DNA of 63,047 bases, filler included, from Asterionella formosa (Eukaryota), in the NCBI GenBank assembly GCA_002256025.1. It is 2 parts of 2 records of this genome, joined end to end, with 100 filler letters (N's around TTAATTAATTAA, not from the genome) between each part and the next. Parts side by side here need not be neighbours in the genome. Positions count along the whole stretch, not along the records: positions 31,591 to 63,047 come from NKIB01000664.1; 1 more part is not named here. One strand, 5' to 3'. Below, one piece after another: positions 37,618 to 49,296 of the stretch. A program made the position numbers and the translations under genes. The notes under the pieces were generated by a model, which saw only the letters and a list, made by a program, of their open reading frames with translations, ran no database searches and was not told where the DNA came from. The stretch's first letter is position 1. Every line of letters starts with the position of its first letter.

Positions 37618-37757
37618 GTCTTTAGTAGGTCACGTCAACTACCGGTTTTCTTGCGCAGAACAATACACGACCAAGGCCGAATGATAGCCGAGCGATGATC
37701 GTATCTTCCTGTTGAATTTGTGACCGCTTCTTTCTAGCGCGCTCCAGTACTGCTGAA

Positions 37758-38250
37758 GGCAATTCAGGCCAGAGGTGGTCTGAAACAATTCACAAACTAG
37801 CTATCGCCGCGCCATTCACTTACCTACTGCCCATTCATCGAGTGTAAATGTCAATTTTATTTAGCTCGCTATAGCCCATCATATAAAATATGTTTCGTTT
37901 ATTTTCTATGTTATCTTCACATCGAAATTTGCAATGGGTCCTTATTTTGTATTTTTCCTATGTTCGCATTTTGGCATTACAATTTATAGCAATTGCCCCT
38001 CGGTTTTCCAGCCCTTGGTACCAGGGTACCTTGTACCTGGTGAGTACCGGTACCTGGTACCTGGTACCAGGTCCCGGTACACCTACATAGGGATTGACGA
38101 AATTGGCAAGGGGTCTACTTAAGGAAACCATTTTATATACCACTCTACAGATTTTCATAATTTATATCTAGAATTCACCTTGTTTTGTTTGTCTCCTGAA
38201 AAGTGGACTCCGGCAATTCACCTTTCACCATGCCTATCGTCATCCATCAC
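37758..38250. repeat. Inverted copy of the right end of the 580-2480 element
   Basis: Reverse complements of ggtgaaaggtgaattgccggagtccacttttcaggaga, aaatggtttccttaagtagaccccttgcc and ccgaggggcaattgct. Confidence 0.8.
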
Positions 38251-38695
38251 AATGAAAAACTTGTCTTCAGGAATAGGGAGTGCAAATGGGCTATAAGACA
38301 AGCTAAATTTTTAGCATTCATGTTATTACATTCTCATGTTCCTTTTAAATGAGGGGGATATACATTTGATTTGATTTGATTTACTGATGTGTTAATATAA
38401 CATGTGACTACTAAGGTCCCCTGCACTTTTTGCACAAAAGTGCCTGAAAATGCACAATGAGATAGTTCTGGGAATTCATGATTACCTTTTTTTGACTAAA
38501 TATGTAGCGAATCAATAATAATTTCTATCAATGATAGAATATTTTTCTAACTAAATTTTAAATGACTCTTTTTGCTTACTAAAATGAAAGTCGAAAAATA
38601 TAAACAATTTTTTTATTATCATAGAAATCATCAGTAAATTGGGGTTGGTTTCATAACATAGTACTGGTACTTGCTGCCTGCATTATAATGTCATA

Positions 38696-39461
38696 CCACT
38701 TAAAAACTGTTAGCCACCGTTATTTTACTCCATCTTCCGACTAAAAAATATTCAAGTAATTTTACAATCGAAACCTGATACAGGTACGAAGTGTATGTTA
38801 CACGATGCACTCTATTCTACAAGTAAGTAATCAGTTTCGATTCAGTGTATAAAGCCATGAAGATCTAATTTTTTAAAAAGTCATTAAGATTGTTGCATAG
38901 TGGTGGCTTACAGTGAATATTTTTCTATCCATACATGAGTATATTTTCTCCCCAAACCGTGATTAGTTTTACTCCGTTTATACTACAGAAATTATTTCGT
39001 ATTACTTTACCTGTTAGGCGTGATGCAGTATGCTTTTTGCGCTTGCATCATCACCAAATTCTTCTGATGCATAATGTATTCGAAAGCATAATGACGTCGT
39101 ACACACATGTAATAATACTAAATTAATTCTATGGGAAGAATATTTATATTTTTGTCCATATACATGTGCACGTGTATTTAGAAAAGACGATGCCAGCTCG
39201 ATAGAGTAAACATGAAATTTTCCATTTTCTAAATTTCGCGTCGACAGCAATCTTTGGGCCATAATAAGCAAGTAGTTAACAACATACACAATGCATCAAT
39301 ACAAGTACGTAAGTATTTACTCGCTTTATAAATCTTAACAACTCCTTCGTGACAATAATTAACGTATCTTCCAAACTAAATTCAAACCGTGCGTTTTCTC
39401 CGTTTAGCGGTGGCTTACAGTTCAAAAGTCGTTATAGTGGTGGCTTACAGTTTTTAAGTTG
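38696..39461. mobile_element. MITE with TA target duplication
   Basis: TA|CCACTTAAAAACTGTTAGCCACC at left and GGTGGCTTACAGTTTTTAAGTTG|TA at right. Extra internal GGTGGCTTACAGT copies at ~38902 and ~39409. Confidence 0.75.
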
Positions 39462-40287
39462 TACCTAAATGCTGTTACCCAGTGCAGTAACTCCGGTATG
39501 CTTAGTAGACAATGACATGCTCATGACGCATGTTGTACTTATGATACTACAGTTTCACCTATTTCATAGCTTGGGAGATTTTTCGCTCGGGTACATCCTT
39601 TCTTGAAATATATGGTGCCTACTCTAGCGCACTCCAGTACTGCCCTGGAATTACCGGTTAAGATCTTTCTCGCGCCGCTTGTTTGCATATTATTTTGTTA
39701 TATAAATCCTGTCTATTTCTGTTTAGACATTCCTCAGACTACATCTAGTCTTCGGAAACCTGTCGACATCAACAGCCTAACAGCCTAACAGACACACTCT
39801 GATAACCTCCCCTGTTGATGCTCGACATACCACATCATCCTTATGTGTATGCTTGACACGTCATTTCCTACAGGAATTCTCATAGTGCCCTCTCTCTTTC
39901 TTCGCCTCTTTTCTTTTTCTCTTCTTCTTATCGTTCCTCGTGGGGAGCCTTTATGGCAACATTGAGTGTTGACGATTTTCATTATAATTAATTACTATAA
40001 TATTCCTATGAACGAGACTTCCAATCTTCCTGTGGGAAATAAAGATCAATTCACGAGATCCATCATTTGACGTATGGATTGACATACTGTTTAATCTTTG
40101 GACTGTAAGGTGGCCATCAAATTTCCCGAATACGAAGATCGATGATTTCTCCGTTATAGCTTCGCAATATCCGATCTTTGTTTTTCGGGCACTTTAAGCT
40201 TCAGCCTAACATCATTACATGACAAAGCAAGGAGTAAAGGTACTATGCTGTTAGATACTGGTGTTATTATGCAAACAATCATATGAC

Positions 40288-43200
40288 TGAGCGATCTTGC
40301 GCATCAATAAAGATGTATATAGGGTTAGTGTTATATCATATATATCAGAACTCAATAATGAAGAGAACTCGACTAACCCTTATAGTATACTTTGGTGTCG
40401 AGTTAGAGAACGAGTTACACAAAAGGATTAACAAATAAGCTCATACATTCAACAAATACTACTACTTCTAGTTAAATACTTCACTTTGAATTCAAAAAGA
40501 GTCCAATTAGAATTAATAATGTTGACGTCCTCTCAAGTTCCAGTGGTCCCATTGATGAAGGATAACAACATACTAAACATCAACATTCAAACCTCTTTGT
40601 GTATCCCTACAAGCCAGGTCGATATTTGAGTCTTTCAGCAAAGATATGATCAATTGACGGTCAGGGAAAGCTTCTTGATTGATTTCAGTAAATCCTGTGA
40701 CATGGCTAACACATATACCTTCAGTCCAGCAGATTGCTTGCTTGTTTTCCTATTGCTACAGTATATGCCTTATTGATATCGCCTTGTCTGACTGGATGAG
40801 CGTTGCAATTCACCCAGATACTCAGTCCTTTGACAGTTTCTACAAAATCATGGTGAGGTGGCTGAAGCATTATTTTCTGATAAAACTCGATAAAACCGTT
40901 CAACGTGCTGTTGATGAATGTCACTGCCTGTCTCAAGACCTTAAAGAAGTTCTTAAAACTCGTAATAGCTCATCCAGAAGATCAAGAGGTCTCCGCCAAG
41001 GAAGATTTGAGGTTGATTGTCATTTTGCTTTATTGACAATGCCTAGCAGCAAGTGTTTGAATGGAACAATGAAAAGAACAAAAAATAATTAATTCGCTTG
41101 GTTTTGACTACTTCGAGAGTCAACAATCATTCAAGATCAACCCAAGCACATCCTCAAGCATGTGTTCTACCATAAGCCGAAATCGACTTCGCATCGCTGA
41201 AGGCAATTGTGTTATGTCGAGAGAACGCGCGTGCCTGGTGTCAATTTTCTAACACAAAATCGTGTATAAATTGTTGAAGTTGAAGACAATCCAGTGATGC
41301 TTCCAGAAAACAAGCGTGACTAGTGTCAATTTTAACAAAAAAGATCATCTTCGCATTGCTTAATGCAGTTGTGTGACGCATCAAGAAAACAACCATTTCA
41401 CGCGAAAATGTGTATGTGATAATTTTATACTAAGTGGCAATGGCAGGGCACATGCATTTAAATGCAGTCGGCCATGCATGGGATGCAAATCAACGGTCAA
41501 ACATGAGGCACATCGATTTAACATTACTAACACTGCCTACTAGCCCTGTTCCTGTTCCTCTGGCATGGAAATTCTACACGGAGCAAATTATCATACTGAC
41601 ACAGCTAACCCTATTCATATTTTTCTTCCGTGCATGTTTCATACAAGCAAATCCATGGGTTAACCCTATGATGATGTCTGGTTGGGGTACTGTGCCGAGG
41701 GCCATACCTGCCAACTTTTATGAATCTGCCCAGGAAATTTTAGTGGTCATGATCCCTCCTGTTGGTGAGCTAGTGGCCTATGTGCCTAATAAAACCAGCA
41801 GAATGCTGAACAGATCGCCTTAAGAGAAGTATGTGCGACGATAGCAACAATGCTATGATTTTAATAACATACATACATATATATATATACTGATGAGTGA
41901 CAGCACATTGAATATGTCTTACGTCAATCATTACCTGAATAACTTTGGTTATTTACAGGATAATTACAGGTTGGATATCACCGCTATTGTAACGCGGGAT
42001 ATTTTAAAATGCAAAGGTAGATTCAATATATCATTCCATATGCACATCTCAAGCAAGGCCTGACTCCGGTCTCATTCTTTCTTTGCCTAAGAATGCATAA
42101 GCTTAATTGCATTTCATTCTCATGTCATTAGCAACCCAAGGATTGGTGGCTGCTATGTATACACATGACATAAGATGAATGTTATTTGATCGTAGTGGGT
42201 CCTGAGTCCTGAGTACTGATCTTTAACTTATGAATGAATTGTACTTCAGGACATTTTGTTGCCCATCGAGCATTTATACTTCATATATATGCAGGTATGA
42301 TGCTTTCTTCCTTTGCCAGTACTCTTTCATAAAACATGGATGATGCTCCAAAAATTTAATCCGTCAGCTTGTATCCTTCAACAGAAGTACCTGGTCTTAT
42401 TGCATTCTGCAAGTTTGCTCATTTGTCCAGCTGCTTAATTTATGATGGATTTTGTACAAAATAACATATCGTGTGTGGTGGATTTATCAGTGTTTTTCTG
42501 CATGTCATTGATTCCTATAATGATACAGAAAATTTACATAATGGGTTCTTATATTTTGATACACCTATCAAAGATTATGCTTACACATGGAACAATAAAG
42601 CTGCTAACTATAAGGATAAGGAAAGCTGCTGTTATGGCTGAAAAAATGTATTTAACCACAAGTCATCCAGTGCAATTCCGAATGAAATGGTCTAATGAAG
42701 AAACTGGCTTATTGGGATATCGATAAACTACAACCGACTTCAAATCTTGGCCTTCAAAATTAAAAAAGTATTTACATGGAACTGGTCCATTTGTATGGTT
42801 ACCCATGCATACATCAACAAGCTTTTGAATCAATGAAAGCATTGTGAGTTGAAGATACACTCATGAGTTATCCTCATTGTAATTTTCCTTTCCATATTTT
42901 TTACTTATGTTTCTGATATTCAATTAAGAAACTTTCAAAGATTTTCCTTCTACTTTATTGAATGCGGTTCTACATGTTCATGCTGATCATCCTATTTTTA
43001 TCTACATTACCCTACACAGAAACTCAACGTGTCCTACAGTGGAGGCTTTATATTGAAGAATATCTTCTTACTTTTCACGATATGAAAGGTACTGATAATG
43101 CTAACTATTACAGATTCTATCGCTCGCCTCCCGAGGCTTGAGTCTTTGTTGGGGATGATATTGGGCCGAAATCTTCAGCATCAACATCCACTTCTACTTT

Positions 43201-45905
43201 CTCAATTGAATTAATTGGGCCGAATCTTCAGCATCATCATCTACTTCTATTTTCTCATTTGAATTAGATGATGAACCTCTGTTTACCTGTTTCCTTAATC
43301 ATCCAATCTTGGCAGACAATATTCAATTTCCTCTGGATTATAATTCAATACATGATAGAGAATTGCTGGATATACAATTGATTCTCAATCAAACAACACA
43401 TCTCATTCTCAATCTACAAACACATCCGTTAAAATTTCCCTCTATCAATTTTCATGATATACATTTAATATGTTCTGTGAAGAATCCAGGAGATACTTGA
43501 CGTATTGTTATTACTACATCACTATTGGATTCTATTATTAATTGGTATCATCAGATATTAGCTCATGTGGGTATGACAAGATGACATGCTACATTTTCTA
43601 CACATTTTTATTACCCTCCATTAAAAGCAAGAGTGGAACATATTGCAAGCATATATGAAACATGTCAAAACGTACAAAATTACCTGGTGTGGTTTTTGGT
43701 GAACTTCCACCAAGGAATGCATTGTTTTTACAATGCTCAGAAGTCACAGTGTATTTCATTGGTCCATGGAAGATAACAGTGGTGGCTGCACAAGCGATTG
43801 AATTTCGTGCTCCAACTTGAGTTAACACAGTCACCAATTTTCCAGAAAATTCACGTATCAATAATAAGACATCAGAATATATTGTGATGAAATTTGAAAA
43901 TGATTGGTTAGACAGATATCTCCGTCCAGAAGGTTGTATAAATTACAATGGAGGTCATTTTACTGGTATTCCTTTCATACACATGTAAGTTTTGAATGGC
44001 ATTAAAATTGGGATTATTACAGTCAAGAATCCACAAACAAATGCTATCTGTGAATGTTTACATCAATCTATCAGTAACAGTCCATGAATTATGTTAAAGG
44101 CTCATTTTCCAATCAAGGAATTTCAAGCTTAGAATATCGTGGATACCCTGTTTGCTGCATCATATTCAGCTCGAGCTACTATTTCTAGCATATTGCCTAT
44201 TTCACCAGGAATATGGCTGGGTTTTCCAACATGATATGATATTAAATATTTCTTTGATTACAGAAATGCAATTGATATTGGGATATCAATGTCGATAAGT
44301 GATAACTGACAAATGTCTAGGTCGTGCTAATTTCCGTCGTCATTCTTGTGATTACAAAGTTGGTGATCAGATTTTAATCCTATTGCTGGATAATCCTACT
44401 ACCTTGGATGACTGTGGACGAGGTCCTTATTATATTATTCAAGTATATAACAATGGAACAACAGTTATTTTTCAACGAACCATGCATACTACGGAATGAA
44501 TTAATATTCATTGCATCAAACCTTTTTAAGGTTGCGGCCCTGCAGTTACACATCACGAGGTCTGTTCTTTTCCAAAATAATTTTATTATGTACTTCAATC
44601 CACACAGTACGAGCAACGAAATAAAATAAAAGTAAAATTAGCTTTCACCAATACGACCACTTTGCATATGCTTAGATACAGTCATGGGTCGACTTAGGGG
44701 TATGATATCTATATACTGATATGGTAAGGACCTCATTTCTGGAGAGAAGTGGCAGTTATCCCTCTTGGAATCGTAACTATCCAGAAAATAGTAAAAAAAG
44801 GGGGCCATCAAGCTTTTAAAAAAATCTACGAGGGATAACTGCCACTTCTCTGCAGAAGTTAACTCCTGACGTTATAGGGTACACGGCTATCTATTTCATT
44901 CTTCATGAAACCCCGTAGATGTAGAGCAATCCTCCTCCAAAAAGTCGACCCAATCGGCTTTTTCAACCATCGCCAATATATTGGAATCAGAATTTGTACG
45001 TGCAAAAACGTTCTCGTATACTTGGAGTCTTGCATAGGTATGTTTCGCTGAATAATTCTCAGTCCGAAAAGACTCCAGGGTTCTTTGCCGCGTCACTACA
45101 CATATTCTGATTGGTTGAATTGAATTTATTCATCTGCTCCAGATTCCGGTCTTGTAAAATCACGCCAGCCACGCTTGAACCACATTTATTACATTTACCA
45201 TACCAGCAGGTAAAATCAGTACCGGTACACCGGTACTAGTTTCATCCTTTCTTCCATCGTCATGAACCGAGAATATGTACTACCTGGTACCGGTTCTCTG
45301 GTACTTCGGTATCTGGTACCGCGCTGATCTTTATTAAACCAACATAAATCAGCGTAGATTCAATATAACGCATAAACACGAACCATGAGCATACATGTTG
45401 GCATACTCCTGATTTATATATGTGTTTTGGCATTGAGTAAAATCATGTCTACATACAGCAATCTAGATATAGTATCAACGTTTAAAAATCATTTTTGTTT
45501 GTTTGAAATGGAACTCTGTCAATCTGGCGCCGATTCCTATTTAATTCAAATATTCAAATGGACACTCAAATCATGGGAATTTATGGTAGGAAACTCCCTG
45601 TTCCACGCCGTTTTTACAACCCTAGCGATATTTTCTCCAAACTAGGGTTAAGCGGGGGCCGCAACCTTAAAGGTAAAAGGTTTTCCCTTGGTGTGGGAGA
45701 GTGAGCAATCTTGCGCATCAATACAGATGTATATAGGGTTAGTGTTATATCATATTTATCAGAACTCAATAATGTCAATAATGAGAGAACTCGACTAACC
45801 CTTATTATATACTTTGGTGTCAACTTAGAGATCGAGTTACACACAAGGATTAACAAATAAGCTCGTATATTCAACAAATACTACTACTTCTAGTTAGATA
45901 CTTCA
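40288..45905 (+). mobile_element. Decayed Ty3/Gypsy LTR retrotransposon with both LTRs
   Basis: LTRs 40288-40483 and 45702-45905 (TG..CA), 5-bp TSD ATGAC on both sides, purine tract GGGAGAG before the 3' LTR. Integrase relics near the 3' end: IGPWKI, FENDWL.RY, KNPQTNAICE, GPYYIIQVYNNGT. Confidence 0.9.
44530..45666. mobile_element. Non-autonomous TTAA-flanked TIR element, family B (Kolobok-type), nested in the Gypsy element
   Basis: TTAA|GGTTGCGGCCC at left and GGGCCGCAACC|TTAA at right. Partial copies at 58119-58856 and 30640-30862. Confidence 0.88.
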
Positions 45906-46848
45906 ATGACTACCGATAGCTTTCTTCATGGTGCTAGTTAATTACTTGCGCACTAGCTTCCACTATGGCTAGAATTTTCTGTCAAATAAAAAGTGAATAC
46001 CAGTGTCCCTACCAGTAGTAAATTCTGCTTATTTGGATATCATCAGATATCATGAGCTTGTAACTCGTCGATGACCTCTTATTGGCTGAGAACTATGGAA
46101 CAGTAAAGTATGACACAATCTGGTATGTGCTCAAGATACAGGCCCACTCTGCGTTAGGCACAGCTTAAGAAATAGAAAATAAATGATTTTCAATAACAAA
46201 CCGTGTTCTTATCCTGTCATCGGGTCAATGCAGTTCGAAATTTTTCGCAGTGGTGGGTACCAGGTACTATATACCACACCCAAGTATTCTTTTTGCATCA
46301 CGCACGACAGCAGCTGCTTGACCTTATATACTGGTAGTACTCGTAACTGATACGTACCATTAGCAGAGCGAAACTGTAAACCTGCATATTTGTAACAGGT
46401 AGACTACCGTACCAGGTACCGGTACACAACTAATCCACATGTACCTATATGTGGAACTCTGGCATGTTCCTGTTTTTTGCATACTACTTTCATACATAAG
46501 TATGGCATGTTCGCATGTACATGCAATAGGACCTGTTCATCCAATTTTCTGTAATTTATTCATACATGAATACTGCATTTCTGGTCGACCTCGCGTTTTC
46601 GGAGTGATACAAAGCAGATGAAACGAACAGAGAGAAGGGACATAAATTGCTACTCGAGTACCTGGTACTCCAGAGTACCAGGGTACCTGGTACCAGGTAC
46701 CACCTAAAAAAAAATACAAATATAAATTCTGGTCCACAAGTATGCCGGTAGGTACATAGCAGCTATGAACAAAGCTAAGTAGTCTTTTATAATTTTCGTT
46801 TTGTTCGCTCGGGGGCTTCTTCCTTCCGAGTGTTGTTTGCTTCACACC

Positions 46849-48900
46849 ATGACATACGTTGGGTTCGTTCAGGGATCATATGGGTCGCTACTTGACCACG
46901 AGCAGGATGCCCTTTTGGATGAAGAGTCTCAAGTTACGATCCACGAGGAATACAGGCCACGAGCATTGCTCTTTAGAAGCATTGGTCTGACCGCACTTGT
47001 CGTGATAGCAGGTACAAGAACATCATGGAGCAACAACAGAATGGAAGTTACACCATCAACTTCGTTACAAGTAGAACAAGAATTACCAGCGGATCCATCC
47101 AAACTCTCTCTTCAAGCGCGATTGGACCAATGGGATCAGTACAAGTCGAAACTAGGCGATTGGATGCATGCCACAAAACAAGACTCAGAACAGCTTGGAT
47201 TGACCCTGCGCGAGGACACGAGTGCCCTTTGGAATGCCACTTCTTTTCATGTGAGGGATTCTTGGAATTCAACTGCCGTGGAACAAGTGGATCTTTGGAA
47301 TGAGGCAGTACAAGGAGCAAAGCATGGCTTGGCAACAGGCGGTGCATGGACTCAACACCTTTGGAATGAAACGAGTAATGGAGTTAAATATGCCGAAGAA
47401 GCCACGGAGAAAAAATCTGGCGCTGTTTGGAATGCAACGGTTCATGGAGTAGAGCATGCGGGGGAGTCCACTGTAGAGGAAGTGACTGACCTATGGAATA
47501 AAACGACTCAATGGTCGGGTCGTTCCCAAGAAGCAACGAAGGAAACAGTGGGGAATATGAAGGAATCAGCTCTTGATGAAGCGAAAGAAATTTTGAATAA
47601 AACTGTTCAACTGTCGGGTCATGTGGGAGAAGCGACAGAGGAAAAAGCTACATCTTTGTGGAATGCTTCGGTTCACGGAGTAGGAAATCTGGAAGAATCG
47701 GGTTTTTTGGAAGCGGCAAAGCTGTGGAATGAAACTGCTCAAATGTTGGGACACGTCGAAAATGCAGCAGTCGAAAAATCTGAAGCCCTTTGGAACACCA
47801 CAAAAGTTTTTGCAGAAAACACGAAAAAATCCTCAATGGAGAAAGCTGACGAGTTCTGGAATAACACTGCGCACGATGCTGAAAATGCTGGATCAGTGGT
47901 TGAAGGCTGGTTTTTTCAAGCGGAAGATGGGACCAAACATTTGTGGAACGAAACATCACACACAACGGGTGATGTGATGCGAAAAGGAGGGCAATCCATT
48001 GAAGAATGGTGGAATCACACTTCGTACAAGACAAAGACGTGGTGGCAAGATCGACTCGTTTGGTGGCAGAACTTGACGGATTCGGGAAAACAAGCAGAAG
48101 ATGCACCCACAATGGTTTACTTGAACAATTCGTATGCGTATTCGCTTTTAACCAATGGTATGGGGAAATGGTTCGACTATACGCAAGACTACTTTAGTTA
48201 CCAGAAGGGTTGGGACGCCCAAATCAATCAAGCATACTGTGCAGTTGCCACGTCGGCGGCTTTATTGAATTCTTTTCGAGATGAGGAAGGAATGGTCTTA
48301 CCACAAGATCCAGTTTATGATCCCCACCCGTATGCGACACAATCGTCGCTGTTTGACGAGTGCACAGAAAGTCATGTCATTTTTCAAAATTCTTCGTACA
48401 ATGGAGTCTTGGTTTCGCCGGGCGGGTTGGGCATGGCCCAAACCAAGGCCTTGTTGGAATGTTGGATCCCTGAAACGTGGACCGTCACTGCTCACCACGT
48501 CGATCCCTTGAAAGTCACTATCGACACTGTCCGTCACGACATTCGACAAGCTCTTCAGAACCCCAGAGCCCGCATTGTAATTAACTACGATCGCTCTGCT
48601 GTGGGCCAACTGGGAGGTGGCCATTGGAGTCCCTTGGGATCGTACTCATCAGACCGCGACGCAGTGTTGGTTATGGATGTGGCCAAGTACAAATACCCAG
48701 CGGTGTGGATTCCGTTGACTGCCTTGTACAATTCTTTGTCCACCTACGATACTTGTGGAGAGTGGGAGTTCCCGTTGGCGCAGCTTGGACTGAGGAATAA
48801 GTACCAAGAACCAACTAATGAATTGGACTACAGGGTGAGCATGACAAAGTTGGGGTGTAAAGCGACGAGACGTGGTTACATTATTGTTCAAAAAGAGTAG
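46849..48900 (+). CDS. PCS: Phytochelatin synthase-like protein with N-terminal hydrophobic segment and a 22-aa W-N-x-[ST] repeat stalk
   Basis: C-terminal PCS domain with Q..QAYCAV (Cys), GGGHWSPLGSY (His) and VMDVAKYKYP (Asp). ATG MTYVG at 46849. Periodic LWNxT repeats at ~47230-48080. Confidence 0.85.
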   Translation: MTYVGFVQGSYGSLLDHEQDALLDEESQVTIHEEYRPRALLFRSIGLTALVVIAGTRTSWSNNRMEVTPSTSLQVEQELPADPSKLSLQARLDQWDQYKSKLGDWMHATKQDSEQLGLTLREDTSALWNATSFHVRDSWNSTAVEQVDLWNEAVQGAKHGLATGGAWTQHLWNETSNGVKYAEEATEKKSGAVWNATVHGVEHAGESTVEEVTDLWNKTTQWSGRSQEATKETVGNMKESALDEAKEILNKTVQLSGHVGEATEEKATSLWNASVHGVGNLEESGFLEAAKLWNETAQMLGHVENAAVEKSEALWNTTKVFAENTKKSSMEKADEFWNNTAHDAENAGSVVEGWFFQAEDGTKHLWNETSHTTGDVMRKGGQSIEEWWNHTSYKTKTWWQDRLVWWQNLTDSGKQAEDAPTMVYLNNSYAYSLLTNGMGKWFDYTQDYFSYQKGWDAQINQAYCAVATSAALLNSFRDEEGMVLPQDPVYDPHPYATQSSLFDECTESHVIFQNSSYNGVLVSPGGLGMAQTKALLECWIPETWTVTAHHVDPLKVTIDTVRHDIRQALQNPRARIVINYDRSAVGQLGGGHWSPLGSYSSDRDAVLVMDVAKYKYPAVWIPLTALYNSLSTYDTCGEWEFPLAQLGLRNKYQEPTNELDYRVSMTKLGCKATRRGYIIVQKE

Positions 48901-49296
48901 TATTTTTTTGTCGAATTTGATGTTCTTTGTCAGTTAATTTTTGGGAAAATTGAATAAGATGCTTCATAAAATTGTTTCAGTAAAGTGATATAGTGTTGTG
49001 TTTTATCATTACTTTCCTCTTGTCTCCTTGATGGATGATGTTGGTGCTGAGTAAAAGTGTGGACTTGATGGCGTATCAGTGACAGTACATCATGCTGAGT
49101 ACAAGGCAGGAGCGCGAATATGGTACAGTCTACTGGTAGTCAAACAACCTCACATACATTATGTGACATCAGTAGTATACTTAAAGAACTTCTTAATCCA
49201 TCAGCTACAATATTCAGCAGTAATCCATGATATCTTTGATGTTTTATCTGTGAATCTATAGTCGCTATGTGTCAGGATTAAGCCATCTAGGATATG

